A DNA stretch of 64,000 nucleotides from an uncultured Gemmatimonadales bacterium. GTDB lineage: Bacteria > Gemmatimonadota > Gemmatimonadetes > Longimicrobiales > RSA9. The notes beneath the pieces were generated by a model. It worked only from the letters and a program-made list of their open reading frames with translations, made no database searches and was not told the origin of the DNA. This document shows positions 40,321 through 50,760 of this stretch, piece by piece; position 1 is the stretch's first letter; each line of letters starts with the position of its first letter. The stretch is from the NCBI GenBank assembly GCA_963798085.1, contig CAWCRS010000001.1:256001-320000 (forward strand), given 5' to 3'. The position numbers and the translations under genes were made by a program.

Positions 40321-41820
40321 GTGACGCACTTCTCCTGGCTGGACGGCTCCATCGTCGGGCTGTACCTGCTGGCCACCATGGTGATCGGCATCATGGTGCG
40401 GAAATACGTGGGCAGGGTCGAGGACTTCCTGGTGGCAGGCCGCGAGATGAATCTCTATCTCGGCATTGCCTCCCTCGCCGCCACCGAGTTCGGCATTGTC
40501 ACGTGCATGTACACGGCGCAGGCGGGCTACAAGTACGGCTTCGCCGGCGCCACACCCGGCATTGCCAATGCTATCGCCATGTTTGTCGTGGGCTGGACCG
40601 GCTTCGGCATCAAGCCGCTGCGCGATGCCGGAGTCATGACCATTCCCGAGCTGTTCGAGCAGCGCTTCGGAACCTGGATCCGCTGGGCATCCGGCATTGT
40701 CATTGTGTTGGGCGGCCTGCTCAACATGGGCGTGTTCCTGCGCGTGGGTGGCGAATTCCTCATGCTCGTCACGGGCGTGGACATGCGCTACCTCGAGCTG
40801 ACCATGACCGCGCTGCTGGTGCTCGTCGCCGTCTACACCATCCTGGGCGGCATGCTCTCCGTGCTGGTCACGGATTTCCTGCAGTTCATTGTCATGAGCG
40901 CCGGCCTGCTGGCCGTGACGTTTCTGATCCTCTCGCACATCGGCTGGAACGCGCTGCAGAGCGCGGTGAGCACACACATCGGCGCGGGCGGCTTCAATCC
41001 CTTCGTGCACCCGGAGCTGGGCCCCTCCTACGTGCTGTTCAATCTGGTCGCGCAGTTCGCCGTGGTGCTCACGTGGCAGACGACGATTGCGCGCGTGCTG
41101 TCCGCGAAAGACACGAAGACCGGAAGACAGGTCTACACGCGCACCGCCTTCTTCTTTGTCGCGCGCTTCGTCATTCCCGGACTCTGGGGCATTGCCGCAC
41201 TCGCCACGCTCGCGCCCGGTGTCGTGGGCAGCAACGACCTGCACGCCATGCCCATTCTGCTCAGCGGCCTGCTGCCCGCGGGCCTGCTGGGTCTGGTGAT
41301 CGCCGCCATGCTCGCGGCCGACATGTCCACCGACTCGTCGTACATGCTGACGTGGGGCGGCATCATCTACAATGACATCCTCGCGCCTTTCCGGCGCACG
41401 CGCTGGAGTGAGCGGCGAGGCCTGCTGTGGAACCGCATGATCGTCGCCTGCATCGGCATCTTTCTGCTGTTCTACGGCCTCTGGTATCCACTGCAGGGCG
41501 ACCTCTGGAGCTACCTGCTGGTCACGGGCTCCATCTACCTGTCCAGCATGTCCGTGCTCCTGATTGCATGCTGTTACTGGAAACGCGCCAACAGCTGGGG
41601 CGCCACCGCCGCCATCATCGTGGGCGCCATCATTCCCATCGCGTCACTGGTGCTCGAGCAGGTGCCGGCCACCGCCGCGTTCGCGCAGAGCGTAGGCCGC
41701 AATCGTTTCGGCCTCGCCGCCTACGTCGGCACCGCGCTGGCCATGATCATCGGCTCGCTGCTGAAGCCGGGCGGCGGTGCCCGGCCTTTCACAGCGCAGG
41801 CGACGACGTTCGTCACCTGA
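40321..41820 (+). CDS. Sodium:solute symporter family protein
   Basis: DFLVAGR, TIPELFEQRFG, YTILGGM.SVLVTDFLQF, AAMLAADMST. Confidence 0.93.
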   Translation: MTHFSWLDGSIVGLYLLATMVIGIMVRKYVGRVEDFLVAGREMNLYLGIASLAATEFGIVTCMYTAQAGYKYGFAGATPGIANAIAMFVVGWTGFGIKPLRDAGVMTIPELFEQRFGTWIRWASGIVIVLGGLLNMGVFLRVGGEFLMLVTGVDMRYLELTMTALLVLVAVYTILGGMLSVLVTDFLQFIVMSAGLLAVTFLILSHIGWNALQSAVSTHIGAGGFNPFVHPELGPSYVLFNLVAQFAVVLTWQTTIARVLSAKDTKTGRQVYTRTAFFFVARFVIPGLWGIAALATLAPGVVGSNDLHAMPILLSGLLPAGLLGLVIAAMLAADMSTDSSYMLTWGGIIYNDILAPFRRTRWSERRGLLWNRMIVACIGIFLLFYGLWYPLQGDLWSYLLVTGSIYLSSMSVLLIACCYWKRANSWGATAAIIVGAIIPIASLVLEQVPATAAFAQSVGRNRFGLAAYVGTALAMIIGSLLKPGGGARPFTAQATTFVT

Positions 41821-41852
41821 TCGTCGCGAGGAAAAGCGAAGGAGGTCCACGC

Positions 41853-42002
41853 ATGCCGCAACACTTCCTCTGGTGGCTGCTGGTCGTCGCCTGCGTCGTC
41901 TGGTACTCGACCATCACCATCTACGTCGGCATCCGCGGTTTTCGGGATATTCGAGGCATGCTCGATCGGCTGGAACGCGGGCGAGGGGGTGGGGACCACT
42001 GA
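41853..42002 (+). CDS. Small single-TM protein, probable symporter accessory subunit
   Basis: AAGGAGG RBS; MPQHFLWWLLVVACVVWYSTITIYVGIRGFRDIRGML; directly after the SSS gene. Confidence 0.75.
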   Translation: MPQHFLWWLLVVACVVWYSTITIYVGIRGFRDIRGMLDRLERGRGGGDH

Positions 42003-42205
42003 TCGGGAGTGCCGATTGCTGCGGTTGTGGCGGCTGCCGTGCATGGTCGCTGCTCCAACCGTTGTTTATCACGCGGAGCCGCGGAGCCGCGCGGACTGAT
42101 TTCAGCGCGGCACCACGCGACAAGATGTCGGCCGCATGGAGCCACTGATCACTGAAGGAAACATCGGAGCCCTCTTGTTACCAGCCCTCTCTCCCGCCAA
42201 CTGAA

Positions 42206-44152
42206 ATGGCCAACGAGGAACGGGAATCGCCTCCTCCTTCTGCCTCCAGCCCGATTACCCGCAAGGACTTCCTCAATAACACGCTGTTGGGCGTGGGCGC
42301 GGCGCTGCTGGGTGCGGGGTCGCCGCTCGAGCAGCTGCGGCGGGGCGCCGGTAGCAGGGGCCTCCCGCGAAGTGCGTCCGGCAGCGAGGTGGCCGACCCG
42401 TGGACAGGGTATGGCGGCGTGGGTGACTACGCGCAGGCGAACGGCAACACCTGGCCCGTGCTCGAGGCTGCCCACCGCATTCGCGATGGCAAGTATGTCG
42501 CGCTGCCTTCCAGTACGCGGGACACCGGCGAGCTGTATGACCTCGTCATTGTGGGTGGTGGCATTTCCGGGCTCACGGCGGCGTGGACTTTCCTCAAGGC
42601 GACCGGCGGCGCGAAGACCTGCCTGATCGTCGAGAACCACCCCATCTTCGGCGGTGAAGCGAAGCAGAACGAATTCGACGTGGATGGCGTGCGACTGGTT
42701 GCGCCGCAGGGCTCGAACCAGTTCGGTGCGCCGCGCGCGGGTTCTGGTGGCCTGAGCGATGAGATCTGGACGGACCTCGAGCTGCCTCGCCAGTTCGCGT
42801 ACGAGGAACTCGATCCCACGCTGGACGGACTCCGCATTCCGCTCGACAACTACGCCCACATGGATGGCGTCAACGAGACGCAGGTCGATGTCGGCTACTT
42901 CTTTGACGCGCAGAGCGGCGCCGCCGGTCCGAAATGGATGCGCAACATCTGGGGCAACGATCTGGCGGGGACGCCATTCCCTGATGACGTGCGCCGGGAC
43001 CTGCTCCGGTGGCGCAACACCAGCGGGCAGGGTTCGGACGCGTTCCGCCGAACACTTGATGGCATGACCTACGCGCAGTACCTCGAGGGCCAGCTGGGAC
43101 TCCGACCCGAGGTCACGAAGTACATCGCGCCCGTCATCGGCCTGATCAATGGCGCATCGCCTGACGCTGTGAGCGCGTTTGCCGCGCAGCAGATCGGCAT
43201 GCCCGGCGTGAGTCGCGTGCGTTCGCGCACGGGCCCGCTGCCGCAGTCGTTTCCGGGCGGCAATGCCACGGTCGCGCGGCATTTCGTGAAGTACCTGGTG
43301 CCGGGCGCCATTTCCGGCGGGAAGAGCTTCGACGGCGTGTACGACGGGCGCGTGGATTTCGCCGCGCTGGACCGCGCGAATCAGCCCACGCGCATTCGGC
43401 ACGGCGCCATTGTCGTGCGTGTGGAGCACGCCCGCGACACGGGCGGCGATCACGTTGTGGTTGCCTACGAGAAGGGCGGGCACGTGTACCGCGTGCGTGC
43501 ACGCAATGTGGTGATGGCCTCGGGCGGCTGGATCAACCGCCACATCATCGCGGACCTGCCCGCGGAGCTGCACGATGCGTACGGGGAATTCCTGTACTCG
43601 CCTGCAATGGTCGTGAACGTGGCGCTGCACAACTGGCGCTTCCTCTACAAACTCGGAATTTCCTGCGCGCGCTGGTTCGATGATGCGTTCGGCTTCTCCT
43701 GCAACATCCGCCGGCCCATGCGTGTGGGCCGCGTGGTGCCGCCGCTGCACCCCGACCGGCCGACCGTGCTCACCTTCTACATGGGCCTGTACGCTTCGGG
43801 CCGGCCGCTGGCCGAGCAGGGCGCGCTGGGCCGCAACATGCTGTTATCGACGACGTTCGCCGATCATGAACGCCGGCTGCGTGCGCACCTGTCGCGTCTG
43901 TTCGAGGACAGCGGCTTCGACGCGCGTCGTGACCTGGCCGGCATCATCCTGAACCGCTGGGGCCACGCCCGCCTGGTGCAACCGCCCGGCTTCTACTACG
44001 GCCGCGATGGCAAGCCGGCCGCGCGCGAGATCATCCAGCGCGGCTTCGGCCGCATCGCCATCGGTCACTCCGAGCTGAACGGCCACCAGAGCATGACCGG
44101 CGCCATGGCGCAGGGACACCGTGCCGCGGAGCAGACGCTCGGCCTCGGATGA
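42206..44152 (+). CDS. FAD-dependent oxidoreductase, spermidine dehydrogenase (SpdH)-like, with Tat-like signal
   Basis: TRKDFL, YDLVIVGGGISGL, ENHPIFGGEAKQNEF, FPGGNATVAR, NRWGHA. Confidence 0.82.
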   Translation: MANEERESPPPSASSPITRKDFLNNTLLGVGAALLGAGSPLEQLRRGAGSRGLPRSASGSEVADPWTGYGGVGDYAQANGNTWPVLEAAHRIRDGKYVALPSSTRDTGELYDLVIVGGGISGLTAAWTFLKATGGAKTCLIVENHPIFGGEAKQNEFDVDGVRLVAPQGSNQFGAPRAGSGGLSDEIWTDLELPRQFAYEELDPTLDGLRIPLDNYAHMDGVNETQVDVGYFFDAQSGAAGPKWMRNIWGNDLAGTPFPDDVRRDLLRWRNTSGQGSDAFRRTLDGMTYAQYLEGQLGLRPEVTKYIAPVIGLINGASPDAVSAFAAQQIGMPGVSRVRSRTGPLPQSFPGGNATVARHFVKYLVPGAISGGKSFDGVYDGRVDFAALDRANQPTRIRHGAIVVRVEHARDTGGDHVVVAYEKGGHVYRVRARNVVMASGGWINRHIIADLPAELHDAYGEFLYSPAMVVNVALHNWRFLYKLGISCARWFDDAFGFSCNIRRPMRVGRVVPPLHPDRPTVLTFYMGLYASGRPLAEQGALGRNMLLSTTFADHERRLRAHLSRLFEDSGFDARRDLAGIILNRWGHARLVQPPGFYYGRDGKPAAREIIQRGFGRIAIGHSELNGHQSMTGAMAQGHRAAEQTLGLG

Positions 44153-44274
44153 GCTGAAAAGGCGAGGCGGAATCGTCGCCTGAATCGAATGCGCTGAAGA
44201 GGCGAGGCGGAATCGTCGCCCTGAACAGAATGCGCTGAAGAGGCGAGGCGGAATCGTCGCCTGAAATGAAGTGC
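44153..44274. repeat. Three tandem 40-41 bp hairpin-containing repeats
   Basis: GCTGAARAGGCGAGGCGGAATCGTCGCC(C)TGAA..GAA(G)TGC starting at 44153, 44193 and 44234; stem GGCGA/TCGCC. Confidence 0.92.
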
Positions 44275-44636
44275 ATCGGATTCAGCGTATCGTGGGCTCA
44301 CCCGCCAGCCACACGGTGCGTAGCGACGTTGCCTTGCCGTGCCGTTCGGCAATTCCTCGATCCGGGGCTACGGTCGGTTGTAGCCGGTCGGGTGCACCGT
44401 GGGGGCGCCCTGCAGGACGATGGCGGCGGGCTCTGCCTCGTTCAGGATGGCGTCTGTCAGGATCGGAGTGCGGGCCGCGGTCTGGCCGGCCCTGTTCCTC
44501 GCCTCGCCCGGCGCCGGTCCGGCCCGGTTCCCGATCCGGGGACTTGCGCGACCATTGGTGGATTCGGCAACCTGCCAGTCGTCGGATGCCTCCGCGCCGC
44601 CCGGCCGTGCAGCCCTTCGCTGAAGGAGCGATTGCC

Positions 44637-46232
44637 ATGTCCGATCACCACGTGTCACGCCGTGATTTCGTCGCCGACAGCTCGCGACTCGCTTTCGGCG
44701 CCATGGTTGTTCCGCGCCACGTGCTGGGCGGGCCCGGCCACAAGGCGCCCAGCGACACGCTCAACATTGCCATTGTCGGGATGGGCGGACAGGGCACGCA
44801 GAACAGCCTCGAGCTGGTGGGCGAGAACATTGTGGCCGTCTGCGATGTCGATCTCGACTTCACTGCGAAGCAGATCGGCGATCAGCAGAAGGACAACAAG
44901 GGCAATCCGCGCGAGAACGGCGTCAAGCTGCTCGAGCAATTCACCAGAGCAGCGAAGTATTCCGACTTTCGCGAGATGCTGGACAAACAGAAGGATATCG
45001 ACGCCGTCGTCGTCGCCACACCGGACCATCTGCACGCGACCATTGCCAAGTCTGCCATGCAGATGGGCAAGCACGTGTACGTGCAGAAGCCGCTCACGTA
45101 CTCGGTGCACGAGGCGAGAGTGCTGCGGCGCACGGCGCAGGAGACGGGCGTTGTTACACAGATGGGGAATCAGGGACACTCGAGCGACGACGCACGCCTC
45201 ATCAACGAGTGGGTACAGGCGGGCGTGATCGGCGCCGTCCGCGAAGTGCACGTCTGGACCAACCGGCCCATCTGGCCGCAGGGCGTACCCAGGCCCGCGA
45301 GTGAGCAGATGCTCGCGGATGCGCAGCGCCGGGCCTTCGAGCAGCGCGCAGCCCAGCAACTGCGCTCCAGCGCGTCGCTGCAGAAGCCGCCGGCCGGCGC
45401 GCCCCAACAGCGGAGTCAGCCGTTCAAGTATCAGCCACCCGAATGGGATCGGCGCGGCGTCAGTGACCGCCTGGCAACCGCAATGTGGGGCGACTACAAG
45501 CCGTCGAAGAACCTGCACTGGGATCTTTATCTCGGCCCGGTCGCGGAGGAAATCCGCTACCACCCGATCTATCACCCGTTCAACTGGCGAGGCTGGGTCA
45601 GCTTCGGCGTGGGCGCGCTGGGCGACATGGGCGCGCACCTCATCGATCATCCCTTCTGGGCGCTGGGCCTCACGTACCCGACCAGCATTGAGGCCACATC
45701 GACGACATGGGGCGGGCCCCGCGACAATCCGGTGTCCTACCCGCTCTCCATGACCGTCCATTACCAGTTCCCTCGCCGGGGCCTGCAGCCGCCCGTCAAG
45801 CTGTCCTGGTACGATGGCGGACTGTACGCACCGCGGCCCGACGCGTTGCCCGATAACATCGAGTTGCTGGGAGAGGGCGGCGTGATCTTCGTGGGCGAAC
45901 GTGGCATCCTCCTGCACGAAACCTACGGCCGCAACCCCCGCATCTTCCCGGAGTCACTGATGGAAGAGGCGAAGGCGGTGCCGCAGACGTACCCGCGCAT
46001 CAAGGAGAAGCACGAGATCAACTGGGTAATGGCGTGCAAGGGACAGGGCAAGGCGACATCGCCCTTCGAGTACGCGGCGCAGCTCACCGAGACCATGCTG
46101 CTCGGCATTGTCGCGCTGCGCACGGGCCAGGGGAAGAAGCTGCTGTACGATGGCGAGAACATGAGAGTCACCAACCTGCCCGACGCGAATCAGTACCTCA
46201 CACGCGAGTATCGCGAGGGCTGGGCCGTCTGA
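44637..46232 (+). CDS. Gfo/Idh/MocA family oxidoreductase with Tat-like signal
   Basis: [47 protein letters not shown]. Confidence 0.95.
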   Translation: MSDHHVSRRDFVADSSRLAFGAMVVPRHVLGGPGHKAPSDTLNIAIVGMGGQGTQNSLELVGENIVAVCDVDLDFTAKQIGDQQKDNKGNPRENGVKLLEQFTRAAKYSDFREMLDKQKDIDAVVVATPDHLHATIAKSAMQMGKHVYVQKPLTYSVHEARVLRRTAQETGVVTQMGNQGHSSDDARLINEWVQAGVIGAVREVHVWTNRPIWPQGVPRPASEQMLADAQRRAFEQRAAQQLRSSASLQKPPAGAPQQRSQPFKYQPPEWDRRGVSDRLATAMWGDYKPSKNLHWDLYLGPVAEEIRYHPIYHPFNWRGWVSFGVGALGDMGAHLIDHPFWALGLTYPTSIEATSTTWGGPRDNPVSYPLSMTVHYQFPRRGLQPPVKLSWYDGGLYAPRPDALPDNIELLGEGGVIFVGERGILLHETYGRNPRIFPESLMEEAKAVPQTYPRIKEKHEINWVMACKGQGKATSPFEYAAQLTETMLLGIVALRTGQGKKLLYDGENMRVTNLPDANQYLTREYREGWAV

Positions 46233-46254
46233 CATCCACGAATTCGAGGAAGCC

Positions 46255-47031
46255 ATGAAGCACCGCGTGCAGGGAACCATCGCTCTGATCGGCGGCGTCA
46301 TCGCTTTCGCGCCGCTCATTGTCACGGCGCAGGACCTGACTTTCCAGCAATCGGATGCGGAGGCGAGGCTGCTGGCGTCGCAACAGGGTGTTCCCAACAC
46401 GCTCTCGGCTGCCGAGCAGAAGGCCGGCTGGCGCCTGCTCTTCGACGGCCACACCACAAAGGGCTGGCGAGGCTACATGAAGCAGGAGATGCCCGCCGGC
46501 TGGAAGGTCGTGGACGGCGCACTGACACGCGTCGCGCCGGCCGGCGACATCATCACCAACGAACAGTTCACCAACTTCGAGCTGTCCATTGACTGGAAGG
46601 TCGAGCCCGGCAGCAACAGCGGCATCTTCTATCGCGCGGTGGAGGGCCCCGAGGAGATCTACTTCGGCGCCCCCGAAATGCAGGTGCTGGATGACGCGAA
46701 GCATCCTGACGGCAAGTCCGAACTCACCTCGGCCGGCTCTGACTACGGCCTCTATCCCGCGCCGCGCGGCGCCGTACACCCGGCAGGCGAGTGGAACACC
46801 GCCCGCATTGTCGTGAACGGCACCCACGTCGAGCACTGGCTCAACGGCCGCAAGCTGCTCGAGTACGAGCTGGGCAGCGCCGACTGGAAGCAGCGTGTCG
46901 CTAACAGCAAATTCAAGGAGTGGCCCGAGTACGGCAAGGCAGCCACCGGCCATATCGGATTGCAGGAACACGGCGGCGGTGTGGCGTACCGCAATATCAA
47001 GATCCGCGTGATTTCTGCGGGGGGAGGGTGA
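46255..47031 (+). CDS. DUF1080 (3-keto-disaccharide hydrolase/lyase family) protein
   Basis: GWRLLFDG, NSGIFY, EMQVLD, GEWN, GHIGLQEHG, YRNIKIR. Confidence 0.95.
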   Translation: MKHRVQGTIALIGGVIAFAPLIVTAQDLTFQQSDAEARLLASQQGVPNTLSAAEQKAGWRLLFDGHTTKGWRGYMKQEMPAGWKVVDGALTRVAPAGDIITNEQFTNFELSIDWKVEPGSNSGIFYRAVEGPEEIYFGAPEMQVLDDAKHPDGKSELTSAGSDYGLYPAPRGAVHPAGEWNTARIVVNGTHVEHWLNGRKLLEYELGSADWKQRVANSKFKEWPEYGKAATGHIGLQEHGGGVAYRNIKIRVISAGGG

Positions 47032-47372
47032 GGGAGGGGGTCGGGGCTCAGGGGTCGGACGCGGGCGCGGGCAGGGGTTGAGAGGTGGGGCTGAGGGGTC
47101 CTTATTTCTGCCCTGCCCATTCCCGTAGACACTCCCCCTTCTCATCCTCGGCCCCATCTTCCATTCCCTTCTCCATTTCCCGACCCCGACGCCAACAGAC
47201 TCGGATGACGGCCGGGCAGGGAGAAGGAGATGGGCAGGGAGACGGGTCGGAGGCGGAGGAGCGGGAGGGTTCAGGGGAAAGGGAACGGGATGTTTGTTGC
47301 AATCCCCTCCCCCTCCCCTCAACGCTTGCCCTTGCCCGCGTCCGACGCCTGAACCTCGACCTTTCCCTCACC
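47027..47372. repeat. Inverted pair of a ~57-bp dispersed repeat (47027-47085 minus, 47315-47372 plus)
   Basis: Consensus CCCCTCAACGGGTGCCCTTGCCCGCGTCCGAC....GAACC.GACC..TCCCTCACC. Confidence 0.8.
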
Positions 47373-47403
47373 GGTCCCCGACTCGAGAAACGGGAAACGA
47401 GCG

Positions 47404-48291
47404 ATGAGCGACGCTGATTCAGCAGCAGACAGCAACGGAGCCCCCGGCCTCGACCGCCGTGACTTCCTGCGTACCCTTCCCGCGGTGGGTGCCGCACTCT
47501 ACGCAAGCGACGCATTCCGCACCCCGGCCCAGGCCGGCACCCAGGTCCGTTCAATCGGCATCCAGGCGTACACAATGCGCTCCGTACTGAGCAAGGACCT
47601 CGAAGGCACGCTCGCGGCGATTGCAAAGATCGGGTATCGCGAGATCGAGTTCGCAGGACTGTACGGCAAGTCGCCGGCAGAGATGCGCGCCATCCTCGAC
47701 CGCGTGGGACTGACCGCGGTTTCCAGCCATCACTCGACGGAGGACATCCGTGGGGACTGGCAGAAGACGCTCGACGGCGCGCGCACGCTGGGCCAGAGTT
47801 ACGTGGTGGTCGCATCCGTTGGCGGGAATGACCGCACTGCAGAGGGCCTGCGCGCTGTGGCCGACGACTTCAACAAGGCAGGCGAAGCGGCCAACAAGGC
47901 GGGCCTGCGCTTCGGCTATCACAACCACGACTTCGAGTTCAAGCCCGTGGATGGCCTGCTACCCTACGACGTGCTGCTCGAGCGCTGCGACCCGTCGCTC
48001 GTAATCATGGAGATGGACCTGTTCTGGATCGTGAACGGCGGGCAGGATCCGCTCAGGTACTTCGCGAAATACCCGGGCCGCTTCCCCCTCGTGCACGCGA
48101 AGGATCGCACGGCCGGCGGCGAGATGGTCAATGTGGGCAAGGGCGTGATTGATTTCCGTGACATCTTCGCGCATGCAACGCAGGCGGGCATCCGCCACGT
48201 CTTCGTCGAGCACGACAACCCGCCGTCGCCGGTCGACGACGCACGCGTCAGCTTCCAGGCGCTGCGCCGGCTGGGGCTCGGCGGCGGCTGA
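47404..48291 (+). CDS. Sugar phosphate isomerase/epimerase family TIM-barrel protein with Tat signal
   Basis: DRRDFL, GIQAYTMR, YHNHDFEF, EMDLFW, HAKD, FVEHD. Confidence 0.93.
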   Translation: MSDADSAADSNGAPGLDRRDFLRTLPAVGAALYASDAFRTPAQAGTQVRSIGIQAYTMRSVLSKDLEGTLAAIAKIGYREIEFAGLYGKSPAEMRAILDRVGLTAVSSHHSTEDIRGDWQKTLDGARTLGQSYVVVASVGGNDRTAEGLRAVADDFNKAGEAANKAGLRFGYHNHDFEFKPVDGLLPYDVLLERCDPSLVIMEMDLFWIVNGGQDPLRYFAKYPGRFPLVHAKDRTAGGEMVNVGKGVIDFRDIFAHATQAGIRHVFVEHDNPPSPVDDARVSFQALRRLGLGGG

Positions 48292-48294
48292 GAC

Positions 48295-48930
48295 TCAGTC
48301 GTCGCCTTTCCTCGCCTTGTCCCACTCCTCGTAACTAACCCCGAGTTTCTGGAGTGCAGCAGGCGGACAGCCCTTCCATTCCAGCACGGGCACATTGCCC
48401 ATGTACTGCAGGTCCGCAACACCCATTTTGCTGGAGAAGAAGCCCGACGCTGTCAGGTCGCGGAACATGTTGAAGAAGCGCACGCCATCGCCCACCTCCG
48501 GCTTCGCCTTCGCCGGCCATGCGATGTCATTGAGGATGGCTTTCTGCTGATCGGCAGTGGCGCCTGCGAAAGGCTGCTGGAAACGGCGCCGGCTCTCGCG
48601 ATCGAGCCACGCGAGCCCAGTCCGCATGCCCGTCTGACTGTCCGGCCGGTCCGTCATGACGAAGTCCATGAACTCCGGCACGCCGGCATCCGTTGCACTT
48701 CCCGAGCGTGCATCACGCGGTATGATGAGGTCCACGAGCAGTCGCACCGCGCGCCATTCCGCGGGCGTGAAGAATTTCGGCGCGTACTGCTGACCCGTGC
48801 GCTCGCGCTCGCGCACCGCGTCTTCGGCCGCGCGCACGGCGCGCTCGACAATGGAGGGGCCATCCAGCACACTGGCCAGCGGGATGGTGGCCACGAGGCC
48901 CAGCAGATCGCGACGTGACAGCTCGCTCAT
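48295..48930 (-). CDS. Gluconate 2-dehydrogenase subunit 3 family protein (GMC partner, Tat)
   Basis: SRRDLL, LVDLIIP...SATDAGVPEFMD, DLTASGFFSSKMG..DLQYMGN; overlaps the GMC stop. Confidence 0.92.
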   Translation of the reverse strand: MSELSRRDLLGLVATIPLASVLDGPSIVERAVRAAEDAVRERERTGQQYAPKFFTPAEWRAVRLLVDLIIPRDARSGSATDAGVPEFMDFVMTDRPDSQTGMRTGLAWLDRESRRRFQQPFAGATADQQKAILNDIAWPAKAKPEVGDGVRFFNMFRDLTASGFFSSKMGVADLQYMGNVPVLEWKGCPPAALQKLGVSYEEWDKARKGDD

Positions 48931-50618
48931 AGCGCTCCTGCCTTTCGCTGCCTTGCAATGTAGTCCGATGTGCGCATGGAGAGTGCGAGGATGGTCCAGG
49001 TCGGATTCTTGTCCGCCTGCGAGACGAAGGGCGAACCGTCGGCCACGAACAGGTTCTTCACGTCGTGCGCCTGGCAGTTGCCGTTGACCACCGACGTCTT
49101 CGGGTCCGCGCCCATGCGCGCGCCACCCAGCTCGTGGATGATGCTGCCGCCCGTGGCAATGCCGTAGCCGCGTTCCGCGGTGGGCATCGGCGACCAGATT
49201 TCGCCGCCCATCTCGGTGATGATGCTGCGGAAGGTCTCCTGCATGTGCTTTACCTGCTTGTACTCGTAATCCGTGAACTCCCAGTGGAAGCGCAGCACGG
49301 GAATGCCGTAGCGGTCCTTCACAGCGGGGTCGATCTCGCAATACGACTTATCGTTGGGGATCATCTCACCACGGCCGTCGAAGCCGACCGTCGTGCCGTA
49401 GTAGCGGCGATAGTCGTTCTTCAGAGCCGCACCATAACCGCCGCCCGCTGGGTAGCGCTGGATGCCGCCCATGAACCCGGAGGAGGGCACGCCCAGCCCG
49501 CCCCACACCTCGATGTGGTAGCCGCGCGGGAAATCCAACTTCTTGTTATCCAGCCACCACGGCATGTAGACGTGCATGCCGCCCACGCCATCCTCGTTGT
49601 GCGGCACGTGGTCCACCAGCTTCGGAATGAAACCGCCCACGCCCGTTCCCGTCGTGTCGGTGAGGTACTTGCCCACCGCACCGCTCGAGTTCGCCAGGCC
49701 GTTGGGGAATTTCGACGACTTCGAGTTGAGCAGGATCCTCGCCGTCTCGCAGGCACTCGCCGCGAGCACCACGATCCTCGCCTGCACATGCTCATCACGA
49801 CCGGTGCGCTTGTCGATGTACGACACGCCGTCCGCCAGACCCTGCGGATTCAGCGTCACCTCGCGCGCCATGGCCTCCGTGATGAGCGTCAGTTTGCCCG
49901 TCTTGAGTGCCGGCGCAATCAGCACGGCCGGGCTCGAGAAATTCGAGTTGGTGCCACAGCCGCGGCCGCACTGGCCGCAGTAGTGACACGCGGGCCGGTT
50001 GTTGATGGACTGCGTGATGATGGAGAGACGCGATGGGATGCACGTGATGTTGAGCCGGTCGCAGGCCTGCTTCACCATCAGCTCGTAGCAGCGCGGCCTC
50101 GGCGGCGGCTGGAAAAGACCATCAGGCTCGTTGTGCAGATTCTCGTGGCTGCCGAACAGACCAATGAGCTTGTCGACCTCATCGTAGAACGGTTTCACAT
50201 TATCGTAGCGAATGGGCCAGTTGGGGCTGAGTCCATCGAGATCACCGCGGCGGAAATCGTCCGGTCCGAAGCGAAGCGAGATGCGACCCCAGTGGTTGGT
50301 GCGTCCGCCCAGCATGCGCGCGCGCCACCAGCGGAAGCGCGTGCCCGGCGCCGTCGTGAACGGCTCGCCCTCGAGATCCCAGCCGCCGATGCAGCCATCG
50401 AATTCGCCGAACGGCTTGTCCTGCGTCGACGCACCCCGCCGCTGCGTCTCGTACGGCCACTTCAGCATCGCGCTGTCGCGCGTCGAGTACCACTCCGGCC
50501 CCGCCTCGAGCAGCGCCACGTCCGCGCCCGCCCGCGACAGCATGTACGCCGCCATGCCGCCACCCGCGCCCGAGCCGACAATGCACACGTCGTACGTCTT
50601 GCGCTGGGGCTGGATCAT
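48927..50618 (-). CDS. GMC family oxidoreductase (glycoside 3-dehydrogenase-like flavoprotein)
   Basis: IVGSGAGGG, LGGRTNHWGR, CHYCGQCGRGC Fe-S motif, HELGGARMG, KNPTWTILAL. Confidence 0.95.
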   Translation of the reverse strand: MIQPQRKTYDVCIVGSGAGGGMAAYMLSRAGADVALLEAGPEWYSTRDSAMLKWPYETQRRGASTQDKPFGEFDGCIGGWDLEGEPFTTAPGTRFRWWRARMLGGRTNHWGRISLRFGPDDFRRGDLDGLSPNWPIRYDNVKPFYDEVDKLIGLFGSHENLHNEPDGLFQPPPRPRCYELMVKQACDRLNITCIPSRLSIITQSINNRPACHYCGQCGRGCGTNSNFSSPAVLIAPALKTGKLTLITEAMAREVTLNPQGLADGVSYIDKRTGRDEHVQARIVVLAASACETARILLNSKSSKFPNGLANSSGAVGKYLTDTTGTGVGGFIPKLVDHVPHNEDGVGGMHVYMPWWLDNKKLDFPRGYHIEVWGGLGVPSSGFMGGIQRYPAGGGYGAALKNDYRRYYGTTVGFDGRGEMIPNDKSYCEIDPAVKDRYGIPVLRFHWEFTDYEYKQVKHMQETFRSIITEMGGEIWSPMPTAERGYGIATGGSIIHELGGARMGADPKTSVVNGNCQAHDVKNLFVADGSPFVSQADKNPTWTILALSMRTSDYIARQRKAGAL

Positions 50619-50760
50619 TCTGCGGCTCCGCGTTTCGAGGGATCGCCTGACCTGCCTCATCTAGCGCCGGGCCCCCGTGGAGGGCAAGTGCATTCCGCAG
50701 CGCGGCGCTCACACTGCACCTCTCCTCGCTCATGGCCCGGAAACCACGCGTGCTGGAAAG

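Noticed and set aside
44153..44274. Mini CRISPR array
   Set aside because: Units are almost entirely conserved with only a few variable bases; there are no spacer-length unique sequences and no cas genes.
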